From an uncultured Nitrospirota bacterium (GTDB lineage: Bacteria > CG2-30-53-67), in the NCBI GenBank assembly GCA_945786985.1, contig CALZGC010000160.1:1031-65030 (forward strand): 64,000 nucleotides of DNA. Direction: 5' to 3'. Shown here in pieces: positions 10,329-20,455 of this stretch. Under the pieces are notes generated by a model. That model was given only the letters and a program-made list of their open reading frames with translations, was not told the origin of the DNA and ran no database searches. Positions within the stretch are counted from its first letter, which is position 1; each line of letters starts with the position of its first letter. Made by a program: the position numbers and the translations under genes.

Positions 10329-10622
10329 TCAGTAGCGCACGTCGAAGGTGCGAAACTCTGCTGCGTGGGGCTCCTCCGTGACTTTCACCTGCGTCACGCG
10401 CGCGCCCGCCGGTCCCTGATGACACCAGGCAATCAGCTCCTGAACGGATCGCCGGTCCCCTTCAGCCACGATCTCCACTCCCCCGTCGACAAGGTTTCGG
10501 ATCCAGCCGCAGACCTGATAACGACGGGCCTGCTCGCAGGTGCTGGCCCTGAAAAAGACTCCCTGCACTCTACCGCGAACGATCAGCCGGACGCGCGTAT
10601 TGTCTTTGGCTGCCGTTGCCAT
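10329..10622 (-). CDS. acyP: acylphosphatase
   Basis: VRGRVQGVFFR and GWIRN/GGVEIVAEG acylphosphatase signatures, 97 aa. Confidence 0.9.
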   Translation of the reverse strand: MATAAKDNTRVRLIVRGRVQGVFFRASTCEQARRYQVCGWIRNLVDGGVEIVAEGDRRSVQELIAWCHQGPAGARVTQVKVTEEPHAAEFRTFDVRY

Positions 10623-10625
10623 GGC

Positions 10626-10823
10626 CTAATCCTCTTGGCTTTCATCGATCTTCTTGTCGTTTTCGGGGGTGACATCGATCTCATCGTCGCCCTTGGTTGC
10701 CCGCTTGAAATTGCGGATCCCCTTTCCGACACCCGATCCGATCTCGGGAAGTTTCCCGGCGCCGAAGATGACCAGGACGATGACCAGGATAATGACGAGC
10801 TCCAGCCATCCTAAACCAAACAT
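10626..10823 (-). CDS. tatA: twin-arginine translocase subunit TatA/E
   Basis: [29 protein letters not shown]... single TM plus amphipathic helix. Confidence 0.9.
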   Translation of the reverse strand: MFGLGWLELVIILVIVLVIFGAGKLPEIGSGVGKGIRNFKRATKGDDEIDVTPENDKKIDESQED

Positions 10824-10867
10824 CCCATGCTCCTTTCAAAGACGAGAGACGGTCTGCCTCTGTACCA

Positions 10868-11467
10868 TCAGGCCGTGCTCTTGTGAAGGGCCCTGAAGTC
10901 CCGGGGCGTATTGATATTGTACAACGACGTCATTCCCCCATCGAATCCTGACAACTCCCGTTCCGGTATGTACCGGACGTTGAGGGAGCGGATAATCTGC
11001 TGCAGACTTCGGCCTCCCCCCAGGAGGTATCGCTTCAGGGCGGGCAGCGATCTTCTGTCGTAGACGGCATGCAGCGGCTCCAGCATCGGACCGCCTGGAC
11101 GAGAGCGCCTCTGAAGCACCGGAACGGCGCCCTCCCAGCCTTGGGCAGCCTGCATCATGTGCTGCACCAGGCCCGTGCGGACGAAAGGCATGTCACAGGC
11201 TACGCAGAAATTGTAGCGGTCGCCTGAGGCGCAAAGTCCGCTGATGATGCCGGTGAGCGGACCTCGAATCGAGTAGAGGTCTCGAACCGGACGGACCGGA
11301 AATCCCGCATACCGCTGCGGTTCCCGGGTCACGACGATCATGTCAGGAAAAACCGGGTTGAGCGCTGCAATGAGGGACCAGAGGAACAGCCGCCCCCGGT
11401 GTTCCAGGAAGGCTTTGTTTGTACCCATGCGGCGGTTTTCACCGCCGGCAAGGATAATTGCTGCCAT
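10868..11467 (-). CDS. mobA: molybdenum cofactor guanylyltransferase
   Basis: ILAGGENRRMGTNKA nucleotidyltransferase motif, 199 aa. Confidence 0.85.
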   Translation of the reverse strand: MAAIILAGGENRRMGTNKAFLEHRGRLFLWSLIAALNPVFPDMIVVTREPQRYAGFPVRPVRDLYSIRGPLTGIISGLCASGDRYNFCVACDMPFVRTGLVQHMMQAAQGWEGAVPVLQRRSRPGGPMLEPLHAVYDRRSLPALKRYLLGGGRSLQQIIRSLNVRYIPERELSGFDGGMTSLYNINTPRDFRALHKSTA

Positions 11468-11499
11468 GATGGCCCGCCTCCCCGTTTCCCCTTGGCCAG

Positions 11500-11596
11500 C
11501 CCGAATATTGCACGAGTCAATCTATTACGAGGCCGCATGGGGCGCCTCTCGGGCTTCCGGGGCCTCTCATGACGACCACGCGTGCAATATGCGGGC
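11500..11596 (+). mobile_element. MITE-like element, copy B (short, about 97 bp; two termini only)
   Basis: CCCGAATATTGCACGAGTCAATCTATTACGAGGCC ... GGCCTCTCATGACGACCACGCGTGCAATATGCGGGC; fills the spacer between the BON-domain gene and mobA. Confidence 0.8.
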
Positions 11597-11952
11597 TAGT
11601 CGACGCGTACTTTCAGAAAGGGAGTTACCCGTCGCACGCCCTGCACGCCTTTGGCGATGATAACGGCCCTGTCGATTTCGGCCTGACTGCGGACATAGCC
11701 GCTCAGGGTCACCTCGCCAAGATTCGTGTCCACGTCGATGTTCAGTGCGCGCACCTGAGCGTCTTGAATCAGGCGGGTCTTCACGGAAGCTGTGATCGCC
11801 GAATCATCGACGACTTCCGAGACGCTCTTCTCGTCGGTACCCATTTTGTAGCCCGTGACGGCAGCTCCACCGAGGAGCAGCACTTCGCAACCCGAGGCCA
11901 TTAGAAGTGCAGCCAGGAGGGAAGCGACGAGCACACCGTTGGATAAGCGCAT
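11596..11952 (-). CDS. BON-domain (OsmY-like) lipoprotein
   Basis: lipobox-like LLMASGC; BON-type core; the start is taken at MRLSNG with RBS AGGAGA. Confidence 0.6.
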   Translation of the reverse strand: MRLSNGVLVASLLAALLMASGCEVLLLGGAAVTGYKMGTDEKSVSEVVDDSAITASVKTRLIQDAQVRALNIDVDTNLGEVTLSGYVRSQAEIDRAVIIAKGVQGVRRVTPFLKVRVD

Positions 11953-12129
11953 TGTCCCGTCTCCTTTCTCCAAAATCCACGCCAGTCCTGCCATCCTTTC
12001 GCTGAACATACATATCAATTCCGCCCTTTATTGTCAATGGGATATTCGCCGTTTCCTTGACACCCGTGGACCGCTCTGCTATTCTGTGCTGGCTTCATGC
12101 TGTCACCTTATGTCCCGGAGTTCACCTCA

Positions 12130-12597
12130 ATGAGCCGCATCACAGCTGTTCTGTTCTTCACCGCCGCTTTGCTTGCAGCGCTGCCCGCCGGACTGGCTGC
12201 GGAGTGGGGGCCCTGGTCTGTGAGTCCCGGCGCGCCCGGCGGGGAGTCGCAGCGGCCGCCTGACGAGGAGGCCTCCCGCGCCGGTCCGGCAGGCCGCCTG
12301 TTGACGGGCGCCGTCCGATTCTTCCAGAAATACATCTCCCCCGTCGACGGGGAGCGGTGCACCATGGTCCCGACCTGCTCCCACTACGGGTTGCAGGCTA
12401 TCCGAAAGCACGGTGCGCTGCTCGGCTTCATCATGACGGCGGACCGGATCGTCCACGAATACGAGGAGCAGCGCTTTGTTCCCTCCGTGTGGGATGGAAG
12501 AACCCACCGGTTTCTCGATCCCGTGGAGAACAACGACTTCTGGTTTTCCCCGGCCGCCCTGTCCGGCACTCCGGTGCAGCCACAGGCAAAGGAATAG
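12130..12597 (+). CDS. yidD: membrane protein insertion efficiency factor YidD-like with an extended N-terminus
   Basis: FFQKYISPVDGERCTMVPTCSHYGLQAI haemolytic-domain signature; signal peptide plus a low-complexity N-terminal extension. Confidence 0.75.
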   Translation: MSRITAVLFFTAALLAALPAGLAAEWGPWSVSPGAPGGESQRPPDEEASRAGPAGRLLTGAVRFFQKYISPVDGERCTMVPTCSHYGLQAIRKHGALLGFIMTADRIVHEYEEQRFVPSVWDGRTHRFLDPVENNDFWFSPAALSGTPVQPQAKE

Positions 12598-12603
12598 CTG
12601 CCC

Positions 12604-13497
12604 ATGTGCGGGAGAGTTACAAGCGTAGCACTCTGTTTTGTGCTTCTCACCCTTCACCCGGTTTTGCTCCAATCCGCCCCGGCGCTTCCCTCGGAAGGGG
12701 AGGCCGCGCGGCTCTTTGCCTTTGCCGGTGCGCTGATGGAAGAGGCCGACTATTACCGGGCCATCACCGAATATAAGCGATTTCTTTCTTATTTTCCCGT
12801 GGACGATCGCGTGCCGCTCTGTCGGCTGAACATTGCCGTGGCCTATCGGAAGGGGGGGAAGTCCGACCTTGCGGTGGGGGCCTTTCGGGACGTTGTGCAG
12901 AGATACCCCGGGGCAGATGTGGCGGAGAGGGCCGCCTATGAAATCGGCATGACCCAATTTCAGTCGGGTCTGTACCAAAGCGCGGCCGACACCTTTGCCG
13001 CGTTTCTGGCGGCCTACGGCGGTTCGGTCCGGAGGGATGGGGCCCGTCTGCATCAGGGATGGTCTCTCGTCCACCTCTGGCAATTGGAACAGGCTGCGGA
13101 CGCCTTCGAGGCCGTCAGTGCCGGGAGTCTGCACCGCCCCTTCGCACAGGCTCTGGCCGGGGAACTCCGTGCCAACGTAAAGATTCCAAGGAAGTCGCCC
13201 TTTCTTGCGGGGGCCCTGTCGGCCGTGATTCCCGGGACGGGACAGATCTACACGCAGCGCTTCACCGAAGGGGTGACCTCGTTCATTCTAAACGGTACTT
13301 TCATCTGGGCCATTGTCGAGCTGTTCGGACATGGGAACGAAGTGGCGGGAGTGCTGCTCGGTTTCTTTGAAAGCGGATGGTATTCGGGGGGCATATACGG
13401 CGCCGTGAACGATGCCCACAAATTCAATCGCCGGGCGCAAAGGGCGTATATCCTGAGCCTGGAGAACCGTTATCCCCTCCCGACCGGCGGCTTCTGA
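12604..13497 (+). CDS. TPR-repeat protein with a C-terminal membrane segment
   Basis: signal peptide, TPR-like helical repeats (YYRAITEYKRFL, AAYEIGMTQFQSGLYQSAADTF), hydrophobic C-terminus. Confidence 0.55.
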   Translation: MCGRVTSVALCFVLLTLHPVLLQSAPALPSEGEAARLFAFAGALMEEADYYRAITEYKRFLSYFPVDDRVPLCRLNIAVAYRKGGKSDLAVGAFRDVVQRYPGADVAERAAYEIGMTQFQSGLYQSAADTFAAFLAAYGGSVRRDGARLHQGWSLVHLWQLEQAADAFEAVSAGSLHRPFAQALAGELRANVKIPRKSPFLAGALSAVIPGTGQIYTQRFTEGVTSFILNGTFIWAIVELFGHGNEVAGVLLGFFESGWYSGGIYGAVNDAHKFNRRAQRAYILSLENRYPLPTGGF

Positions 13498-13524
13498 TCG
13501 CGCTCCGACCGGGCGAAAATGGGT

Positions 13525-13559
13525 AAAAAAAAGGCCCGAACCGCAGCAGGGGTCGGGCC
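13525..13559 (-). terminator. rho-independent terminator downstream of lpxC
   Basis: minus-strand reading GGCCCGA-loop-TCGGGCC followed by T8. Confidence 0.6.
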
Positions 13560-13584
13560 GTTGCGGAACATTTTTTTCGCCGGG

Positions 13585-14511
13585 CTAGGCGGATGCCCTG
13601 GCAAAACGCCGAACCGCCGCCGGTTCTTCCGACGGGGCTCCAGCGGGGCGTTCGTCCGAGCCTGTTACATACGACCATTTTTCCGGGCTCTCCAGTATCC
13701 GGTTGACGAGCCTGGCGTTGAGTGCATGGCCCGATTTCGTTGCCTGAAAATGCCCGATGATGGGGCATCCGACGAGGCTAAGGTCTCCAATGGCATCCAG
13801 GATCTTGTGGCGGACGAACTCATCGGGGAAGCGCAATCCCTCAGGATTCAGGATGCGGTAGTCCCCAATCACGATGGCATTGTCCAGGGACCCCCCCCGG
13901 GCATAGCCGCGGGCCTGAAGCTGCTCAACTTCCTTCAGGAATCCAAAGGTACGGGCCCGCGCGATATCGCGCACAAAAGCGTCTTCGCTGTAACGATAGT
14001 GCAGACGTTGTACTTTCAACATGGGATGGTTGAAATCGATTTCGTAGGTAATCTCCGGGACATCGGAGGGGTAGACCGCCGCAAACCGGCCGTTCTCTTT
14101 GATCTCGATCGGCTCGTGGATTTTAATGAAACGCTGCAGCTTGTTCTGTCGGCGAATCCCCGCCGAGGTCAGAAGGTAGATGTGCGATGCGGCGCTGCCG
14201 TCCATGATCGGCACTTCCGGTGCATCCAGTTCGATGACGGCATTGTCGATGCCGAGACCGGCGAGGGCCGCCAGCAGATGCTCGGCCGTTTTGACCAGGA
14301 CCCGATTCCTCCCGAGGGTGGTGTTGAGACTGGTGTCGACCACGTGCTCGGCGGTTGCCTGAATTTCGAAACTGTTCTTCAGATCGACTCTTCGGAAAAC
14401 GATTCCCGTATCAACAGCGGCCGGCAGGATCCTGAGGTTGATTTTGTGACCGGAGTGGAGTCCGATCCCGGCGCATGCAATGGAAGACGCGAGGGTGCGC
14501 TGATATTTCAA
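13585..14511 (-). CDS. lpxC: UDP-3-O-acyl-N-acetylglucosamine deacetylase
   Basis: KYQRTL...GIGLHSG..., HFQATKSGHALN; start probably TTG at 14511 behind AAGGAGG (the ORF track extends to 14538). Confidence 0.9.
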   Translation of the reverse strand: MKYQRTLASSIACAGIGLHSGHKINLRILPAAVDTGIVFRRVDLKNSFEIQATAEHVVDTSLNTTLGRNRVLVKTAEHLLAALAGLGIDNAVIELDAPEVPIMDGSAASHIYLLTSAGIRRQNKLQRFIKIHEPIEIKENGRFAAVYPSDVPEITYEIDFNHPMLKVQRLHYRYSEDAFVRDIARARTFGFLKEVEQLQARGYARGGSLDNAIVIGDYRILNPEGLRFPDEFVRHKILDAIGDLSLVGCPIIGHFQATKSGHALNARLVNRILESPEKWSYVTGSDERPAGAPSEEPAAVRRFARASA

Positions 14512-14780
14512 AATTCTGCCTCCTTTCGAGTTCGGCAAAATGAACTGGTTGATTTAGATAAGCAAGAACGGTACCAATATTCTAAACACGGCCCCCTGAT
14601 AGAATATACATAGAAAAATCAATTTGTTGCGCCGATAGCGGCCCCGCGGCCCTCGGGCGCTGGGCGATCAAGGTGTTGCAGAAAAGACTCATCCGCAGTC
14701 CATCAGTGTATCTTTTTTGCACAGAAAACCGCAGAGAATTCAGCTGCCTCCGGCCATTTCTTAAGACAGATTGAGAGGAC

Positions 14781-15911
14781 ATGTCCGCGTCGGTCTCCAT
14801 CATCTCCTGTCGGGATTACGAGGACGCAGCGGTTGAAGCGGCCTTCGGGCGGCTGCTGGCCCCCCTCGGGGGGATGGGCCGATTCGTGAAACCCGGCGAA
14901 TCGGTGCTCATCAAGCCGAATCTGCTTGCCACCAAGCCGCGGGACAAGGCGGTGAACACCGATCCGAGCGTCATCCGAGTGATCGTGAAGCGCGTGCTCG
15001 ACGCCGGAGGGAGACCGTTCATCGGGGACAGCCCGGGGATCGGCACGGCCAGAAAGAATGCCGATCGCTGCGGTATCGGCGCGGTGGCCGATGCGCTCGG
15101 TGTTCCCATCGTCGAGTTCGCGACATCCCTTTCGATCGGCAAAACCCGGCAGGACGGCTTCCCGCTGGAGGTGGCGGAAGAGGCCAGAATCGCGGACGCC
15201 GTGATCAATGTGGCCAAGCTCAAGACCCATGGGCAGGTGCTGATGACCCTCGGTGTCAAGAACATGTTCGGCTGTGTCGTGGGGCGCCGCAAGGTTCAGT
15301 GGCACCTGAAAGCCGGCGTCAAGCGGGACGCGTTCGCCCGCATGCTGGTCCAGATCTACGAGGCGCTGAACCCCCGACTCACCGTCATGGACGGCATCGT
15401 CGGTATGGAGGGGAACGGACCGGGCAGCGGCGTCCCGAGACCCTTCGGCATTCTGGGTGCCTCGCCCGATGCCGTCGCCCTGGACACCGTCATCATGTCT
15501 CTCATGGGCTTGGTACCATCCCGGCTTCCCACCCTGCGGGCGGCAGCAGAGTTGGGCGTGGGGGAGACCCGCCTGGACCGGATCGCCCTTCTGGGGGAGG
15601 ATCCGGAGACCCTGCGGATTGGCGATCTGCGGCTTCCGGAATCGGCGGATCTCGAGTGGATCCGTCCCGATTTCTTGTTGGGACCGCTCAAGAGATCACT
15701 GACGGCCTATCCTGAGCCGGAGCGGACACAGTGCAATCTCTGCCGGGTCTGTGTGGAGGCGTGCCCGGAACAGGTCATAGATGTGGCAGCGGATCGCCTA
15801 AACATCGATACCCGCAACTGCATCCGGTGCTTCTGCTGCCAGGAGCTTTGCCCCCAAGGGGCAATGAAAACCCGTCAGGGTTGGCTGCTCAAGCGGCTTC
15901 AGGGGCGCTGA
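14781..15911 (+). CDS. DUF362-domain protein with a C-terminal 4Fe-4S ferredoxin domain
   Basis: DUF362-type core; C-terminal CNLCRVCVEACP ... CIRCFCCQELCP two-cluster ferredoxin motifs. Confidence 0.7.
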   Translation: MSASVSIISCRDYEDAAVEAAFGRLLAPLGGMGRFVKPGESVLIKPNLLATKPRDKAVNTDPSVIRVIVKRVLDAGGRPFIGDSPGIGTARKNADRCGIGAVADALGVPIVEFATSLSIGKTRQDGFPLEVAEEARIADAVINVAKLKTHGQVLMTLGVKNMFGCVVGRRKVQWHLKAGVKRDAFARMLVQIYEALNPRLTVMDGIVGMEGNGPGSGVPRPFGILGASPDAVALDTVIMSLMGLVPSRLPTLRAAAELGVGETRLDRIALLGEDPETLRIGDLRLPESADLEWIRPDFLLGPLKRSLTAYPEPERTQCNLCRVCVEACPEQVIDVAADRLNIDTRNCIRCFCCQELCPQGAMKTRQGWLLKRLQGR

Positions 15912-15983
15912 CGCTCTCCAGGGGACGGAATGACCGATCTGCCGGGGGTGATCGGCCTCGCCCGCTGCGGTCTAACATTTTAT

Positions 15984-16012
15984 TTGACTTTATTCAGATT
16001 TGTGAATATGAT
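15984..16012 (+). promoter_or_regulatory. sigma-70-type promoter upstream of tusA (TTGACT-17-TATGAT)
   Basis: -35 at 15984-15989, -10 at 16007-16012, about 60 nt before the tusA start. Confidence 0.55.
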
Positions 16013-16072
16013 TGCAAACTTGGAAATGGGGGGATACTTTCAAACATTTTCAACTCTAAGGAGGTTGTAAAG

Positions 16073-16303
16073 ATGCAGACTGCCGATCAAACCCTCGATT
16101 GCAAAGGATTGAACTGCCCGCTCCCGGTGCTTCAGACGAAGAAGGCCATGGACAAGCTGGGTTCCGGGCAGGTTCTCGAAATGCTGTCCACGGACCCGGG
16201 CTCCAAGAATGACATCGCCGCCTGGGCCAAGCGAACGGGCAACGAACTGATGGAAACGGTCGAGGACGGCGGGATCTTCAAGTTCTACCTCAAGAAGGGT
16301 TAA
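16073..16303 (+). CDS. tusA: sulfur carrier protein TusA family
   Basis: CKGLNCPLP (CPxP) motif, 76 aa; RBS TAAGGAGG. Confidence 0.85.
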   Translation: MQTADQTLDCKGLNCPLPVLQTKKAMDKLGSGQVLEMLSTDPGSKNDIAAWAKRTGNELMETVEDGGIFKFYLKKG

Positions 16304-16433
16304 TTCCTCTCTTCGGTCTCGGGGCGACAGGTGACGATTCGATCACCCGCTGCCCACCGGTGGGAATGTCTGTCTTGCGCGTCAAGGGGACGTGAAACAA
16401 GGCTTGCCGGAACCGTGGTTGGGGGGCGGTCTT

Positions 16434-16808
16434 ATGGCCAAGCGCAGCAAACTCCTGATTATCCAGACAAGCGGTAGTCAAACGCCCGATCGAGTCTCCC
16501 CGCCCTTTTTCATTGCGGCGACGGCCGCAGCCATGGACATGGATGCGACCATCGTATTCACCGTCAATGGTGCCAGCATCGTTGAAAGACGGGCAGCGGA
16601 ACGGATTTCTGTGCAGGGAGGGAAAAGCACCCTGAAGTCCTTCCTGGATGAGGCCGTTTCGGCAGGGGTAAAACGGATGGTTTGTCACCAGAGCCTCGAT
16701 CTGAACGACTTGGCGTCGGACAACCTGATTGACGAGGTGGAGGAGGTCGTCGGTGCTGCGGCGCTGCTTGACATGACCCGGGACGCCGACCACGTTCTGA
16801 CTTTCTGA
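16434..16808 (+). CDS. DsrE/DsrF-like sulfur relay family protein (DsrE2-like)
   Basis: LLIIQTSGSQTPD..., ATIVFTVNGASIV, conserved Cys in MVCHQSL; paired with tusA. Confidence 0.65.
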   Translation: MAKRSKLLIIQTSGSQTPDRVSPPFFIAATAAAMDMDATIVFTVNGASIVERRAAERISVQGGKSTLKSFLDEAVSAGVKRMVCHQSLDLNDLASDNLIDEVEEVVGAAALLDMTRDADHVLTF

Positions 16809-16834
16809 GACCGCATGACCAGCCGACCCCAACC

Positions 16835-16869
16835 CCCGGAGAGGTGATTCACTTCTCTGGGTTTTTTTT
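16835..16869 (+). terminator. hairpin plus T8, candidate terminator of the tusA-dsrE transcript (overlaps the maeB 3' end)
   Basis: CCCGGAGAG-loop-CTTCTCTGGG then TTTTTTTT. Confidence 0.4.
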
Positions 16870-19131
16870 GCCTGCGCCCTTTTGCTGTGCGTCCAGCACA
16901 GCAATCGCTGTCATGTGCACAATCTCACTGACGCCGCATCCTGCCTGAAGCACATGGATCGGCCGGTTCAAGCCCATCAGAATCGGACCCACCGCCTCGG
17001 CGCCGCCAAGTTGCTGAAACAATTTGTAGGCAATGTTTCCCGATGAGAGTTGGGGAAAGATCAGGATGTTTGCGTCTCCCTGAATCCGGCTGAAGGGATA
17101 GAGTGAGCCCGCCAATTCGGCATTGACGGCCGTGTCGGCCATGATGTCGCCGTCGATCACCAACTCCGGCATCTGCTCCCGGACCTTTTCCACTGCTTCC
17201 CGGACCTTGCGGGTGTTGGCATCCCGGGTGGTGCCGAAATTGGAGTAAGAAAGCATGGCGATTCTCGGTTGGAGATTGAAGCGCCGTACCAGGCGGGCGC
17301 TCAACCGGGCGATCTCCGCCAGTTCCTCAGCCGAAGGTGCGACGTTCACCGTCGTGTCGGCAAAGAAGAGGGTTCTGTCCCTCAACACCATCATGAATAG
17401 CCCTGAGACCCGGCGGATTCCCTCTTCCGTTCGGACGATCTGCAACGCGGGCCGAAGCGTTTCCTGGTATCGCTTTAGGACACCCGAAATCAAACCGTCG
17501 GCATGTCCCGTTTCTACCATCATGGTTCCGAAGTAGTTGGGGTTGGCCATGAGTTTCCGGGCGTCGAAACGATTGATCCCCTTGCGTTTCCGCAGCGCAT
17601 AGAATCGCTCGCTGAACTCGGTGTAGCGGGCGTCGAGAACGGGGTCGATCACCTCCACGCTCCGGAGATCGAGATCGAGAGCCTGACAGGTCCCCCGGAT
17701 CGTCTGTTCCTCTCCAAGCAGGATGGGTTTCGCAATCCCTTCATCCATAAGGGTCTGGCACGCTTTGAGAACTTTGGGATGATACCCTTCGGGAAAGACG
17801 ATCCGCTTCGGATCTTTGCGCGCCCGATGAATGACGGCCCGCATGATGACATGGGCTCTTCCCAGAAACGACTCGAGCGACTCCCGGTAAGCTTCGATGC
17901 TCTCAAGGGATTTACGGGCCACGCCGCTGGCGATGGCGGCCCGGGCCACGGCCGGGGCCACCCAGAGGAGTACCCTTGGATCGAAGGGTTTGGGGATAAG
18001 GTAGTCGGGCCCGAAGTGGAACTCCCGCCCGCCGTATGCTTTGGAGACGGAATCGGGGACACCGAGTTTGGCCAGAGCCGCCAAGGCCTGCACGGCTGCC
18101 AGTTTCATCTCGTCATTGATGGCGCGGGCGCGCACATCAAGCGCACCTCGGAAAATAAAGGGAAACCCGAGCACGTTGTTGACCTGATTGGGGAAATCGG
18201 AACGGCCGGTGGCGACGATGGCATCGCTCCGCGCTTCCTTGGCATCGTTGTAGCCGATCTCGGGTACCGGGTTGGCGAGTGCAAAGATAATGGGCTGATC
18301 CGCCATGGATCGAACCATCTCAGGACTGACGAGCCCCCCCGCCGAGAGTCCCACGAAGACGTCGGCTCCTTTCAGAGCGTCCGCCAGGGTACGCAAGGGG
18401 GTCTCCCGGGCAAAGGTCTCCTTGTAGGGGTTCATTTTCTGGGACCGTCCCTTGTATATGACGCCGGCACTGTCGCAGAGGAGCATCTTCTCGGGATCTG
18501 CGCCGAGCAGCAGGTAGAGTTTGGCCGTCGCAATGGCTGCGGCGCCGCTTCCGCTGAAGACGATCCGGCAGTCCGCCAGCGACTTGCCGTTAACCTCAAG
18601 AGCGTTGAGGAGAGCTGCGCCCGAGATGATCGCCGTGCCGTGCTGGTCATCATGAAAGACCGGGATGTCCATTTTCGCCACGAGCTGTTCTTCGATATAA
18701 AAGCACTCGGGCGCCTTGATATCCTCCAGGTTTACGCCTCCCAGGGTCGGCTCCAGGGCCCGGACGATCCTAACAATCTCGTCGGGGTCCCGCGCATCGA
18801 GTTCCAGATCGAATACATCGATGTCGGCGAAACGTTTGAAGAGGACGGCCTTGCCCTCCATCACCGGTTTGCTCGCCCGCGGGCCAATATCACCCAACCC
18901 CAGCACGGCCGTTCCGTTGGTAACGACGGCGACCAGGTTTGCCCGGGCCGTATATCGGAAGGAGTTGTTCGGGTCCTCCACGATCGCCCGGCAAGGTTCC
19001 GCCACGCCCGGCGTATAAGCCAGGGCGAGATCGAGTTCGGTGGCACAAGGCTTGCACGGAACGACTTCGATCTTCCCCTTTCTCATTCGCGCATGATACT
19101 CCAGTGCTTCTTCTTTTCGTATCTGTCGCAT
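16849..19131 (-). CDS. maeB: NADP-dependent malic enzyme (malic enzyme plus phosphotransacetylase-like domain)
   Basis: EEALEYH start, malic enzyme NAD-binding motifs, C-terminal PTA-like domain; the longer ORF runs to 19212. Confidence 0.9.
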   Translation of the reverse strand: MRQIRKEEALEYHARMRKGKIEVVPCKPCATELDLALAYTPGVAEPCRAIVEDPNNSFRYTARANLVAVVTNGTAVLGLGDIGPRASKPVMEGKAVLFKRFADIDVFDLELDARDPDEIVRIVRALEPTLGGVNLEDIKAPECFYIEEQLVAKMDIPVFHDDQHGTAIISGAALLNALEVNGKSLADCRIVFSGSGAAAIATAKLYLLLGADPEKMLLCDSAGVIYKGRSQKMNPYKETFARETPLRTLADALKGADVFVGLSAGGLVSPEMVRSMADQPIIFALANPVPEIGYNDAKEARSDAIVATGRSDFPNQVNNVLGFPFIFRGALDVRARAINDEMKLAAVQALAALAKLGVPDSVSKAYGGREFHFGPDYLIPKPFDPRVLLWVAPAVARAAIASGVARKSLESIEAYRESLESFLGRAHVIMRAVIHRARKDPKRIVFPEGYHPKVLKACQTLMDEGIAKPILLGEEQTIRGTCQALDLDLRSVEVIDPVLDARYTEFSERFYALRKRKGINRFDARKLMANPNYFGTMMVETGHADGLISGVLKRYQETLRPALQIVRTEEGIRRVSGLFMMVLRDRTLFFADTTVNVAPSAEELAEIARLSARLVRRFNLQPRIAMLSYSNFGTTRDANTRKVREAVEKVREQMPELVIDGDIMADTAVNAELAGSLYPFSRIQGDANILIFPQLSSGNIAYKLFQQLGGAEAVGPILMGLNRPIHVLQAGCGVSEIVHMTAIAVLDAQQKGAGKKNPEK

Positions 19132-19234
19132 GGCTGGGCCCTCTTTGTGGCATGGTCGCTTCATTGACGCCGGTGTGTCCGTATTGTAGACTAGAATTAT
19201 AGATTTGGCCATTTGCTATGAAGGAATTCCTCCC

Positions 19235-19897
19235 ATGGCGCTCTACGGTGATATCCGGACTATGCCGGTTACCGATCTCTTCCAATGGATCGAGACGACG
19301 GTAAAGACGGGCATTTTTGAACTCCGCCGCGAAGGGGCGTGGCGGAAGGTCTTCTTCCAGGGTGGCCAGATCCTCTTTGCGTCGTCGTCGAGCGAGCATG
19401 AGAAACTCGGCTGCTTTCTGATTCGCCGGGGCAAGCTCAATGAGCAGGCCCTGACGGCCTGTCTCGACGAAAGTGAGCGGACCGGTGAGAAACTTACCGC
19501 CATCCTGGAAGCTCGCAAACTCCTCAGCCATGCGGAGCTTTATGACGAAGTGGTGCTGCTGGTGAAGGAGATCCTCTTTGATCTTTTTCTGTGGGAGGAT
19601 GGGGAGTTCCGATTTACGGACCGTGAGCTGCCGCAAGCGTTGGAGGGTCCGCTGGCCCTGAAGACAGGTCAGGTTCTCTTTCAGGTTCTGACGCGCATTG
19701 ATGAGAAGCGGCGAGATGGGGATAAGCTTCCCGCGGCCGAGCCCGAGGAACACCGCAGCAAGCCACACAGGAAGCGGCGAGGCCGGATCGTATTTAAAGT
19801 GGACAACCGGAAGTTCACGCTGCCGGGAGAATACGAACAGCCGCAGCTTTGCGGATTAGAGCAGCAAGGGGATCCGCAAGACGACGAGTCCGACTAG
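19235..19897 (+). CDS. DUF4388 (PATAN-like) domain protein
   Basis: N-terminal GDIRTMPVTDLFQWIETTVKTGIFEL DUF4388 signature. Confidence 0.6.
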   Translation: MALYGDIRTMPVTDLFQWIETTVKTGIFELRREGAWRKVFFQGGQILFASSSSEHEKLGCFLIRRGKLNEQALTACLDESERTGEKLTAILEARKLLSHAELYDEVVLLVKEILFDLFLWEDGEFRFTDRELPQALEGPLALKTGQVLFQVLTRIDEKRRDGDKLPAAEPEEHRSKPHRKRRGRIVFKVDNRKFTLPGEYEQPQLCGLEQQGDPQDDESD

Positions 19898-20316
19898 CCT
19901 CCGTCGCTTGGCGGCAAAGCGCCGATCTTCAGACTTTTCTCCACAAGCGTCATGACCTGATTGGGATCGTAAGGTTTCAGGAGAAAAGCGTCAGCCCCGG
20001 CGCCGAAACTCTTTTCCTCGAATTCGCTCTGACCTTTGGCCGTCAGCATGATCACCACGATGTCCTGCGTATCCGGATTCCCCTTGATCTCCCGACAGAC
20101 CTCGTAGCCGTTCTTGTTCGGCATGTTGATGTCGAGGAAGATGAGATCGGGCTTTTCCTGGGCCAATAGCTGCAGAGCCTCTTCGCCGTCGTTGGCGGTG
20201 CAGCAGTCATAACCTTCCTTTTCGAGAAGGAAGGCCAGGGACCTCGAGATGAAAAACTCGTCATCGACGATCATGATTCTAATGTTTCTCTCGTGATGTC
20301 TGCCGTTGTTTGTCAT
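19894..20316 (-). CDS. response regulator, receiver domain only (CheY-like)
   Basis: IMIVDDE..., DLIFLDINMP, LTAKGQ receiver motifs; start MTNNG... chosen (alternatives at 20274 or 20397). Confidence 0.8.
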   Translation of the reverse strand: MTNNGRHHERNIRIMIVDDEFFISRSLAFLLEKEGYDCCTANDGEEALQLLAQEKPDLIFLDINMPNKNGYEVCREIKGNPDTQDIVVIMLTAKGQSEFEEKSFGAGADAFLLKPYDPNQVMTLVEKSLKIGALPPSDGG

Positions 20317-20455
20317 GAATTGTTCCGGGGGGAGGCCCCGGTTCCCTGCGATGTGAAGCGTGACGATGCCGTTTGCGTCTTTACGAGACGCCCACACTCG
20401 GCCGTCTGTCGATGTCAGTGTGTTAAGGCTAATTTATTATACTGCCTCTTTCCTG

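Noticed and set aside
10105-10425. 106-aa minus-strand ORF between the M20 gene and acyP
   Set aside because: It overlaps acyP out of frame with no RBS. The 45-aa basic ORF with a strong RBS is the better candidate in this spacer.
13519-14613. 364-aa ORF on the plus strand
   Set aside because: It is entirely antisense to lpxC, a high-GC shadow ORF with no RBS or motifs.
17503-19167. 554-aa plus-strand ORF
   Set aside because: Antisense shadow of maeB, with a Gly/Arg/Pro-rich nonsense composition.
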